From: an uncultured delta proteobacterium | GTDB taxonomy: Bacteria; Myxococcota_A; Polyangia; Polyangiales; JAFGIB01 | Reading direction: 5' to 3' | Assembly: GCA_963778655.1 (NCBI GenBank) | Contig: CAVZVA010000002.1 | Coordinates: forward strand, 608,001 to 672,000 | DNA: 64,000 nucleotides | Shown: positions 34,082 to 45,100 of the stretch, one piece after another | Layout: the number at the start of each line of letters is the position of its first letter | Numbering within the stretch: the first letter of the stretch is position 1 | The notes under the pieces: generated by a model | Told to the model about the DNA's origin: nothing | The model's database searches: none | Seen by the model: the letters and a program-made list of their open reading frames with translations, nothing else | Program-made: the position numbers and the translations under genes

Positions 34082-35392
34082 ATGGCTGAAGATCGGCAAC
34101 AGCGCGGTGGCGGGCACGGGCACGAGCACGGGCACGGGCACGGGCACGGGCACGACCAAGAGGCTGGGCAGCGGGGGGAGCTGGAGCGGGGGGCCGGGGT
34201 GGGGATGGTGTTGTTCGTGGATGCGTTCAGCGGGGTGGCAGGTGACATGCTGGTCGCCGCGCTGGTGGACCTGGGCGTGCCTGCCGGGTTGCTCGAGCAG
34301 GCGCTCGGGTCGCTGCCGCTGCAGGGTTACGCGTTGCGCTTCGGGTCACGTGTGCGGAGCGGAATCGCGGCGCGCTCGCTCGACGTGCAGGTGCAAGGGG
34401 AGCAGCCGTCGCGCGACTATGCCGCAATCCGCTCGCTGCTGGACCGGGCCGATGCGCTCGCGGCCGGCGCGCGTGCGATCGCGCAACACGCCTTCCGCTT
34501 GCTGGCCGAGGCCGAGGCCGAGGTACACGGCATGCCGATCGAGCACGTACACTTCCACGAGGTGGGCGCGGTCGACTCGATCGTGGACATCGTCGCGGCC
34601 GCGGTCGGGCTCGACCATCTCGGCGCCGAGGTGATCTGCTCGCCGCTGCCGATGGGGCGCGGCCTGCTGCACGCGCAGCACGGCGTGCTGCCCTCGCCCG
34701 CACCGGCGACCGTGCTCTGCCTACAGGGCGTGCCGACCTACGACGCCGGCATCGACGCCGAGCTGGTCACGCCCACCGGCGCATGTCTGGTTCGCGCGAC
34801 CGCCAGGGGCTTCGCGCGCTGGCCCAGCATCCGACCGCAGCGCGTGGGCTGGGGCGCGGGCGCGCGCGAGCTCGCCGATCGGCCGAACCTGCTGCGCCTG
34901 GTGCTGGGCGAGCCGGCCGGCGGGCTCGAGCTGAACGCGATGCCGACCCCATACGTCCTGCTCGAGCTCAATCTCGATGACCTTAGCGGCGAGCTGGCCG
35001 CGGTTGCGCTCGCGCATGCGCTGGAGGCGGGCGCGCTCGACGCGTGGTCGACGCCCATCGGCATGAAGAAGGGCCGGCCAGCGCTGATGCTCTCCGCGCT
35101 GGCCGAACGCGCGCGAGCGGACGGCGTGGCCCGTGCGCTGTTGAGCGAGACCACGAGCCTCGGCCTGAGGATACGCGAGGTCGCGCGCATCGAGCGCAAG
35201 CGCCGCATGGTAGAGGTGACGACGCCCTACGGCCAGATCGCGCTGAAGGTCGCCGACGGCGACGGGCTGCCTCCCAATCTCGCTCCCGAGTACGAGGCCT
35301 GCAGACTCGCGGCCGAAACGCACCGGGTTCCGGTCAAGCAGGTGTATGCTGCGGCTATCGCGGCCTATCTCGCCACGAGCGATCAGAGCTGA
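34082..35392 (+). CDS. larC: Nickel insertion protein LarC with N-terminal His-Gly tract
   Basis: FSGVAGDM, VHFHEVGAVDSIVD, ELVTPTGA, NLDD, MKKGRP, PEYE. Confidence 0.95.
   Translation: MAEDRQQRGGGHGHEHGHGHGHGHDQEAGQRGELERGAGVGMVLFVDAFSGVAGDMLVAALVDLGVPAGLLEQALGSLPLQGYALRFGSRVRSGIAARSLDVQVQGEQPSRDYAAIRSLLDRADALAAGARAIAQHAFRLLAEAEAEVHGMPIEHVHFHEVGAVDSIVDIVAAAVGLDHLGAEVICSPLPMGRGLLHAQHGVLPSPAPATVLCLQGVPTYDAGIDAELVTPTGACLVRATARGFARWPSIRPQRVGWGAGARELADRPNLLRLVLGEPAGGLELNAMPTPYVLLELNLDDLSGELAAVALAHALEAGALDAWSTPIGMKKGRPALMLSALAERARADGVARALLSETTSLGLRIREVARIERKRRMVEVTTPYGQIALKVADGDGLPPNLAPEYEACRLAAETHRVPVKQVYAAAIAAYLATSDQS
34112..34154 (+). repeat. GGGCAC hexamer tandem repeat encoding GHGHEHGHGHGHGH
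   Basis: Direct reading. Confidence 0.85.
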
Positions 35393-35440
35393 GGGTCGTG
35401 GAGCGAGAACGACGGTAGGGCCAAGGGGAACGCGGCGGTC

Positions 35441-36127
35441 ATGAGGCGAGCGGGGAATCGCGGGACGAGCGCGCCGATCGACGCGCGCCGCTGCGGGGTG
35501 ATCGGCGATGTGCACACCGAGCGCGTGCGCCTGCAGGGCGTGCTCACCCATCTTCGGGCGCTCGGGCTCGAGCACATCGTCTGCACCGGCGACGTGCCCG
35601 ACGGCCCGCACGGCGCGCGCGAGGTCGATGCCTGCTGTGCGCTGCTCGGCGCCGCAGGCGTGTACACCATCAGCGGCAACCACGATCGCTGGCTGCAGGA
35701 CAGCGAGATGCGCGACCTGCCCGGAGCGACCGACCGCCACGAGCTGACGCAGGCCACGCTCGATTTCCTCGCGGCGCTGCCCGTGACGCTGTCGCTGCGT
35801 ACCCCGTCCGGTTCGCTGCTGGTGTGTCACGGGATGGGCGAGGACGACATGGCCGGGTTGCAGTCGTTCGACCGCGGCTTGGCGCTCGAGAGTAACGAGG
35901 CTCTGCAGGAGCTGCTTCGCCAGCGTCGCTATCGCTACGTGGTGGCGGGCCACACCCACCGCCCGATGGTGCGCGCGATCGAGGGCATCACCTTCATCAA
36001 CGCCGGCACTCTGCTCGGCGGGCAGAGCCCGTGCTGCGCAGTCGCCGATTTCGAGCGCAAGCAGCTTCAGCTCTACGACGTGGCCGAAGACGGATCGGTC
36101 ACCCCGGGCGCCACTTTCGAGCTGTGA
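35441..36127 (+). CDS. Calcineurin-like metallophosphoesterase
   Basis: GDVH, GD, GNHD, HG, GHTH, NAG. Confidence 0.9.
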   Translation: MRRAGNRGTSAPIDARRCGVIGDVHTERVRLQGVLTHLRALGLEHIVCTGDVPDGPHGAREVDACCALLGAAGVYTISGNHDRWLQDSEMRDLPGATDRHELTQATLDFLAALPVTLSLRTPSGSLLVCHGMGEDDMAGLQSFDRGLALESNEALQELLRQRRYRYVVAGHTHRPMVRAIEGITFINAGTLLGGQSPCCAVADFERKQLQLYDVAEDGSVTPGATFEL

Positions 36128-36178
36128 GCCTTGCGCCGCCGCCGCGGGCTACGGCGCGCTCCTCGCTTTCCTGGCCGC

Positions 36179-39100
36179 TCAGGGTGCCGGCGAGGTGGCG
36201 GTACAGATGCGCAGCGTCCAACCCGTGATCTGCACCCGATCGCCGCCGTTCTGCGAGCCCGGACCGTTGCGATTGTCGTTCACGGTCATGGTCCACGTGC
36301 CGTTGGAGCTCTGGCCGTTGAACCTGGTGAACGGGTTGATCGGCTTGTAGGCGTTGGCGATGCTGCCGCCAGTGGGCGCCGTGTTGTTGTTGCAGAAAGG
36401 ATTGGTGTTGGTCCCGTTCGGAACCGTGTTGGTCGCGCTGTCCGACAGATCGAAGGCCCAGTTGAGCGTGCAGTTTCCGCTGGACACGCAGCAGTCGCCC
36501 GCGGGTATGAGGTTGACGCTGGTGCCCGCGGGGCTCGACAGCCTGAAGGACAGATCGCCGAACGCCTGATGGTTGCCGGTCGCATCTAGGATCTGCACGC
36601 TGGAGATCGTGCCCGAGGCGCCCGAAACGCTGAGCGTGGTCGAAGTGTCGCCGGTGCTGCCAGACGCGTTCACGGTGGTCGTGGACACGTAGTTGGTGCA
36701 GGTCGTGGTCACCGCCGGGTACCAGCAGCAGCGGAAGCCGGTGTTGGGGAAACGGAAGGTATTCGCGCCCACGGTGAAGTTGAAGTCGCAGGTGCGCCCG
36801 CTCTCGAGGTCGTTGTAGCTGCCGCCGCGGATCTCGTAGATGTTCGTGCCCTGGGCGGTGTTGGTCCACTCCTGCAGGTTGCCCGACAGATCGTGCACGT
36901 CTCCATCGGCCCACGGCGCGCGGCACTCGGGGAACGCGCTCGAGCCGGTCACCGTGGCGCACTCGCTCACCCCCGAGGGGCAGGTGACCAGGCCGGCGTT
37001 GAGCGCCTCGGCACCCACGCACGCGTTCTGATACGTGCTCACGCGCGGATCGTGGTCGCAGACCGCGTTGGAGGCGTTGCTGTAGCCCCAAGTGCAGCTG
37101 CCGCTCGCGGGCGTGATCGCATCGGGATGCTTGCAGGTGTAGTCCCAGGTCGACGAATCGCACAGCCGCCAGCCCTGCCCCGCGGGATCACAACCCGCCG
37201 GGCTGGTGCTCGGGTCCACCCCGGCGGCGGTGTTGAGCGCGCAGCACGCGGCCTCGGCCTCGTCCCAGGTGACGTTCGCCCACGGCAGCACGTTGTTCAC
37301 CGAGCAGGCCTTGGCCGTGCGGGCACCCGCGGAGGTCGAGCTGGCATCCGGTCGCGAGGGCTCGTACGCCATCACCAGGGTGTGCCCGGTCGAGGCGCCC
37401 AGATCGACCAAGTCGAAGTTGCCGACCGCATTGCTCGGCGTTGGCGGTCCGAAATCGTCGATCTTGCCGTTGCAGTCGTTGTCCTTGCCGTCGCAAGTCT
37501 CGGCCGAGCCCGCGGACGGAGTGGCGGCATTGCAGACCGAGGCCGTGCTGGTCGGATTGCCACCGTCGCACACGTAGCTGCCCGTGGTCATGCAAGCGCC
37601 CTGACCCTTGCTGCAGGGCTGCCCGATCGGGGGTTGCATCATCTCGTCGGTCGCCCCGTCGCAGTCGTTGTCCTTGCCGTCGCAGAGCGTCTCGGTGGCC
37701 TGGTAGTTGGCGATCGCGCCGCCGCTGTTGTTGACCGCGTTCTGCACGTTGCAACCGAGCACGCCGTTGGTGCAGCTGGGCCCGTAGGTGACCAGCGCGT
37801 TGAGCGCCGCCTGCGAGGCGGCGCACACGCCGGTCTCATTCGGCACGCACACCACCGACGGGATCGTGGTGAGGTCGTCGACGATGCCGTTGCAATCGTT
37901 GTCCTTACCGTCGCAGATCTCGTTGCCGGTGACGGTGCACTGGGTCTCGCAGCCGTCGTGGTAGTCGTGGTTCTCGTCGGCATAGCCGGTCGAGCAGGCG
38001 CCGATCTTGCACTGGCCACCCTGGCACACCAGCACCGCGTTGCCGGTGACGCCGCTGTTGAACTGGCACTTGTTGCCGCACGCGCCGCAGTTGTTCACGT
38101 CGGTGGAGATGTCGAAGCCTTCATCGGTCTTGCCGTCGCAATCGTCGTCAGCCCCGTTGCCGCCTGGCACGTCGCCGCACGCCTCGGGCACCGGAAACAC
38201 GGCGTTGTTCGGGTACACGCACTGGATGCGGCCGTCTTTGCACTGCCTGGTGCCGCTGCTGCCGGGGCAGCAGCTGAAGCCCGAGAGGTCGCAGCAGGTC
38301 GAGCCGTCGTACGCGGCCGGGCTGCCTTCGTCGGTGGCGCCGTCGCAGTCGTTGTCGATGCCGTCACAAGCGACTTCCGGCGTATTGGTCTGCGCCGGCG
38401 GCACGTAGGTCGCGCTCGGCATCGCCCCCTGGCAGGTCACGGTCGGGCTCGCGCCGGAGCTGCACACGGTCGTGCCCGTCCTGCACACGCCGACGTTGGG
38501 CGGGCCGCAGGGCTTGCCCACCGCCGGATCGGTCACGGCGACGCCGTTGGTCGGATTGCCATCGCAGTCCTGATCGATCGAGTCGCACAGCTCGGCCTGC
38601 GGTGACACCTCGCCCTGACAGCCGATCTTGCCGGCCACGCACACGGTTGTGCCCGTCTTGCACACGCCGGTCGAAGCCGACGCCGGCGGGTTGGTGTTGA
38701 CCGAGCCGTCGCTGTTGGTGATGCAGGCGTTGCCTTCGCTCGGCAGCGGGATGTCCTGATTGCTGGCGTCCTTGTCGTGCTCGTCGATCAACCCATCGCA
38801 GTCGTTGTCCTTTCCGTCGCACTCTTCCGGGACCGGCGGCACTTGGTTGTCGCAGCTCAGCGTCTTGGTGTCGAGGTGACAGGTCTGCACGCCGAAGGCG
38901 CACTCGCCTGTATCGATGCCGCAGCTCTTACCCACGCGGGTGTCGGGTCCGCTGGTAGCGGTGGTGCCACCGGTGGTGTCCGGCGAGAAGCCGTTGAGCG
39001 GGTTTCCGTCGCAGTCGTGATCCTTGTCGTCGCACAGCTCGACCGCTTCGGGCGCCACCTCTCCGCGGCACACCAGGTTGCCGCTTTCGCACACCGTGCT

Positions 39101-42100
39101 GCCGGTCTTGCACAACGTCGCTGCCGTCCACTGCGACGGATTGGCGGTGACGATTTGCACGCCGTTGGCGCCGTTGAGGCACTGCTGGCCCTCGCCGGGC
39201 TTGACCCCGTTCTCGGCCTCGTCCGCCTGACCGTCGCAGTCGTCGTCGAGCCCGTTGCACACCTCGGGCACCGGACCCTGACCGCCGCGGCACTCGAGCG
39301 GCGTGACCACACCTCCACTGCAACCCGCAAGCGGGATCTGCAGCGTGCCCTTGCTGCACTGGCTGCCCGGAAGCGCATCGCCGCAAGGCAGGCCGAGATT
39401 GGGATCGTCGGTGTCGACTTGTCCGTCGCAGTTGTTGTCCAGGCCGTCGCACACCTCTTGCGAGGGCCCCTGCCCGCCCGTACAGGTCGGCACGCCGCCC
39501 GTGCACACCACGGTGCCGGGCTTGCACACGCCCACGTTGTTGCCGCAGGCCACGCCGATGCGGCTGTCGGTGGCGTTGCTGACGTCCTCGTCGGTCTTGC
39601 CGTCGCAGTCATCGTCCAGACCGTTGCATATCTCGTCGGTCGCCGGCTGCACCGGACAGCGGTACTCGCAGCCGTTGGGCTGCTTGCCGTCCACGTTGGC
39701 AAAGCCGCTGTCGCACTTGGTGTCGTCGAGCTGGCACATCGCGTCGACGCACGCGGCGCCGTCCTTGGCGTGCGCGAAGCTGCAGCGGAATGAGCAGCGG
39801 CCGCAGTTCTGCGGGTCGTTCTGCAGGTCCACGTTCTCGTCGACCTTTCCGTCGCAGTCGTTGTCGACCAGGTCGCACAGCGAATCGTCATCGGCGGTCT
39901 TGACGCAGCGGTACTCGCAACCGTTGCTGTCGTCGCCGTCGAGATTGTGGAAGCCCACATCGCAGCCCTGGTCGCCCTTGGTCTTGTCGATCCCGCACAT
40001 CCCGCCCGAGCAAATATTAAAGGCGTGCTCCAGCGCGCAGGCCATGCCGCATCCGCCGCAATTGTTGACGTCGGTATTGGGATCGATATTGGAGGCGGCG
40101 AGGTCCACGTCCTCGTCGGTCTTGCCGTCGCAGTCATCGTCGATGCCGTTACACAGCTCGACCGTCATGCACGCATCGGGCTTCTTCGTGCTGGCGTCGC
40201 CCCCGTCCACCGATCCGTCAGGTTGCCCGGTATTGCCGCCCGGTCCCGCGTCGTGGCCGGTCTGGCCGCCGCCCCCGTCGGCCTTTCCGTTGGGGATGCT
40301 GCCGCCATCCTGCGTGGGCTTGCCCTTCTTGCTGCTCGGGCAGTCCAGACAGAAGGTGTCGACCTTACAACCGGAGCCGAGCAGAGTCGCGCTCGCCAGC
40401 ACCAGCGCGAGCCACGCGCCGCTGGAGGCCAGCGTGCGCAGCCTGGAGCGCCTGCGCCTGCCCAGCGCCAGCAGCAGCAGCGCCAGCAGCAGCACGCTCA
40501 GCGGCCCGCGGCGCGAGCCCGACGCGTTCTGCTTCGCGCCCACGCCCACGCTGCAGGCGCAGCCGCCGCCGCCGGTGGCGACCACGCGCGTCCCGGCAGC
40601 CGCCGCCCCCTCGCCGGTGCCGTTGCCGCTGCCCGCGATGCTCTTGCACTGACTGTCGACGCAGTTGAAGCCGACCTGGCAGGTCTCACCTGCGTTGGCG
40701 TCCTTGCAGTCGTCCTTGGCTCCGCAGTGCCGCATGTCGGTGTGCGGATCGACGCACTCGCCGCCACAGTTCAACAGCTGATTGGCGCAGGTGTCGCTGC
40801 ACTTGCCGAGCGAGCAAACCTGCGTGCCGGTGCACGCGGTGCCCGCGTTCTGGCCCATGCAATCGGTGGTCGCGCCGCAGTGGGCGCGGCTGGTCTGCGG
40901 GTTCACGCAACTGGGATCGCAGAACAGCAGGTTGCCCGAGCAACGCAGCTCGCACTGCCCGGTATCGCTGTTGCACTTCTGGCCGTACGGGCAATGGGTT
41001 GCCAGGCACACGTCCTGCACGCAGTTGCCCTTGACCTGATCGCAGGTCTGGCCGTCGGGACAGCCGCTCTGGACGCACGCCCCTTCCAGCACGCACTTGC
41101 CCGTGGCCGGATCGCAGACGTTGCCGGTGTCGCACGCCACCCCGTGACAGTGGTCCGCCACACAGGTGCCGTCCTGGCAGCGGTTGTCTGGGCTGCAGGT
41201 GACCGTGGCACAGCTCGCGTAACACTGGCCGCCACGGCAAACCTGGTCGGCCGCGCACTTCGCGGTCGAGCACGGATCGTCGACGCACTGCCAGACGTTG
41301 TCCGAGAGGCTGCAGGTCTTGTCCGACGGACAGCGGAACTGCGGTAGCAGACAGCTCTCCTGCTTGCAGCGGCCGTCGGTCGGGTCGCACACCAGACCGG
41401 AGTCGCAGGTCACGCCGGAGCAGCGGAAGGTGCACACGTTGTTCTTGCAGAAGCACGAGCCGACCAGGTCGCTCTTCGGTGCGCACTGCACCTCGTCGTT
41501 GACCATGATCGTCTGGCCCTGGCATTCGGCGTCCTTGCACTGCGCGCCGACGCAGTAGCAGTTACCGTTGTCGTCCACCGGAGCCTTGCCGTTCGGGCAC
41601 TGCGCCGCGAACTCGGTGCTCGCCGCGCAAGGCAGCGCGCACTGGCACATGACGCAGGCGCTGCCGGCGGGGCAGACCGGGTTGTTGCCGGTGTCCTCGT
41701 CGGTGGTGCCGTCGCAGTCGTTGTCCAGGCAGTCGCAGCTCTCGGGCTGCGGACCCACCTCGCCCGAGCACACCGTCCTGCCGCCGACGCAGGCCAGCTT
41801 GCCCTGCTTGCACTCGCCCACGTTCGAACCGCATGGCTCGCCCAGGCCCAGGCCCTCGTCGACCATGCCGTCGCAGTCGTTGTCGAGGCCGTCGCACACC
41901 TCGTCGATCGGCGGCACGCTGCCCTGGCAGACCAGGTCGCCCGTGCCCCCGGCCGGACATACCAGCACGCCGGGCTGGCACTCGCCCACGTTGGAGCCGC
42001 AGGGCGCGCCGGTGGGGATGTTCTCGTCGATCAGCGTGTCGCAGTCGTTGTCCTTGCCGTCGCAGATCTCGTCGGCCGGTCCGACGTAGTTCTGGCAGTC

Positions 42101-45100
42101 CAGCGCGCCGTTGACGCAGACGTTGACGCCCTGCTTGCACTCGCCGGTGTTGTCGCCGCACGGCGTACCGACTGGGGTGTTGGGATCGATCATCCCATCG
42201 CTGCAGTTGGTGCCGCTGGGATCGACGCACTCGTCGATCTTGTTGTCGCAGTCATCGTCGGCGTTGTTGCACTTCTCGTACGGCGCTGGGCCCACGTTGC
42301 CGATGCACTGGATCTGGCCCATCACGCACTGGTTCTTGCCCAGCCGGCAGGCGCCGCACGGATTGCCGTTGCCGTCGGTGCAGGTGCCGACGTTGTTCTG
42401 GCCGCAGGTCTGGCCCAGCCGCGGATCGGCCTGCGGGTCGAGATCCTCGTCGATCTTGGTGTCGCAGTCGTCGTCCTGCAGGTTGCAGATCTCGGGACCG
42501 CCGTCGATGTTGCCGACGCAGATGAAGCCGGCATGTCCCATGCCGTCGTAGTTCGCCACGCACTTGGTCTTGCCGGTGTGGCATGGAGGCACGGGATTGC
42601 CGCACACCTCGCCACCGCCTGCGCCGAGCGCGCCCAGCGGGTCGTTCTGGCAGGCCATGTAGGCCTGCGAGCTGGGATCGCCGGTGCACTCGTCGGTGCT
42701 GCCGTCGCAATCGTTGTCTTGACCGTCGCAGATCTCGGGCACCGGGCCCACGCCGCCGATGCACTGGTAGCCGTAGCCGCCCCCCGACAGCGCGACGCAG
42801 GTCTGCTGGCCGGGCCGACACAGACCGGTGCTGCTGCCGCACGGGACGATGTCGCGCGTGCCGTCGTTGTTGTTGTCCGGCAGGTTCTCGTCGGTGAGGT
42901 TGTCGCAGTCGTTGTCCTTGCCGTCGCAGACCTCCGGCACGGGACCTTGCACCGGCGTGCACGTGATTGCGCCGTTGGAGCAGACCGCAAGCCCGGGCTT
43001 GCACTCGCCGACGCTGGTACCGCACTTCTGACCGATGCGCGGATCGTTGGCGGCGACGTCCACCTGCTCGTCGATCTGGCCGTCGCAATCGTCGTCCATC
43101 CCGTTGCAGATCTCGGTGGCCGGACCGTGCTCGCCCACGCACTGCCAGTGTCCGTTGGTGCACTGGTACGCACCGGGATTGCACACGCCGGCGGTGCGGG
43201 TCTCGCTGCCGCAGAAGCCGTTGGTAGGCCCGCCGCTCACGCCACCCAGGTCGCTGCCGGCTACGGCGTTGTTGTCGACCTGCCCGTCGCAGTTGTCGTC
43301 GACGTTGTTGCAAGTCTCGGTGGTGGGGTTGGGTGCGTTGCATTCCAGGCTGTTGGTGCTCTGGTTGCACTGCAGCGTGCCCACGCAGATGCCGACGCCC
43401 GAGCCGCAGGGATTGCCCACGAAGGCGGGCTGCGGACCGACCGTGCAGGTCGCCTGGGTGCAGGTGTAGTTGTTGCCGTTGCAATCGTGGTCCTGGGCAT
43501 CGCACAGCTCGCGGTCGTCGGGCAGCACCTGGCCGACGCAGACGGGATTGCCGCTGCCGTCGACGTGATAGCCCATCGCGTCCGTCAGCTCGCCGATGGA
43601 GGGCTTGGCGCAGAGCTGGGTGCCCGGCTGGCAGATGCTGCTGCCCCCGACCACGTAGCCGGGGTTGATGCTGCAGGTCCGCGACAGCACCTGCGGGTCG
43701 TCGATGATGCCGTTGCAGTCGTTGTCCTTCTCGTCGCAGATCTCGGGGCTGGGGCCGGTGCCGCCGGTGCAGGTGGTCCCGAGCGTGTGCGTGACCGGAT
43801 CGCAGATGTAGTGGCCCAGCTTGCACTCGCCGACGTTGCTGCCGCACGGTACATCGGCCGTGCACTGCGTCGGGCAAGCGGAGAACGGCTGATGGTTGCC
43901 GTTCAGGTCGTCGATCACCCCGTTGCAGTCGTTGTCCACGCCATCGCAGACGTCGACCGCACCCGGACAGGTGCCGCAGCTGTTGAGCGCGCCATCCTCG
44001 TCGATCGCGCCGTCGCAGTCGTCGTCCTCGCCGGGCCGCGTACAGTCGTCGCGCACCCAGCCGCAGACGACCTGGTCCGGATTGACGTTGGGCGCCACGC
44101 TCTGTTTGATCGGCGTGCTCTGCGCGATGGTCGAGTACGGCGCGACGCCACGCGCATGGACCTGGGTGTTCTGGGCAGCGGTACGATGCGCCTCGCCGTC
44201 GCAGAACAGCGCCTCCGGCTGGGCCGCGGTGCCCGGCTGGCCGAACGGAAGGTCCTCGTCGATCTTGCCGTCGCAGTCGTCGTCGAGGCCGTTGCAGGTC
44301 TCGAACTTGATCGACCCCTGCACGATGCTGGAAAGCGCCGCCGCCAGCTCGGTCGGGCTGTTGGCGAAATACGCGCCGGTCGTGCCGCCGCAAGCCGCGA
44401 TGTCGTTCAGAGACGACTGCTCGCTCGAGACGATGCTGATCCCGACCACGTAGGTCTTGATGTCGGGCGCGACCGACGGGAGGGCGGAAGGGTTGCACGT
44501 GCCGCCCGCGGCAGGGAACGCGAGATTATAGGCCGCCTGGTTCGGGTTCGAATTACACGTTTCGGCACCATCGGTGACGATGATGATGCTGTACTGGCGG
44601 CAGGCCGACGCTGAATCGCCGGACCGGACCGTACTGGCGTATGAACCGGACGTCGAGATCAGTGAGCCGATCGGCGTGGAGCCGTTGGGCCGCAACTCGC
44701 AGTCGCCTGTGGTCGCATGGTTGCAGAAGTTGCCGACCGTGGAGCTGGAGTCGAAGTTGGTCTCGACATTGTCCATCCACTTGAGGATGGCCGGCCGGTT
44801 GTCGATATTGGTGAACGCACCACGGCCGGGAAAGTCGACGATCAGGTCTGCGCCGTTGCAACCGCCAGCGTAGTTGATGCAGCCGTTGAAGTCGCCGCTC
44901 GCCGATACCCGCATGTCGGCGTTGGACCCGGCGCCCGGCCGGCAGGCGGCCGGAACCGCACCCACACAACCCGTGTTGTCCGCGGTTCCGCTATTGCACT
45001 GCGGGTTGCCGAAGCTCTGACTGTCGCAGGCGTTGGTACCGTTGTAGGTCGAACACGTGGCGTTCAAAGATGCCGTCTGGTGAAACTTGGCGAGCGCCCA

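Noticed and set aside
36700..36900. Diversity-generating retroelement
   Set aside because: No reverse transcriptase or template repeat seen in the window
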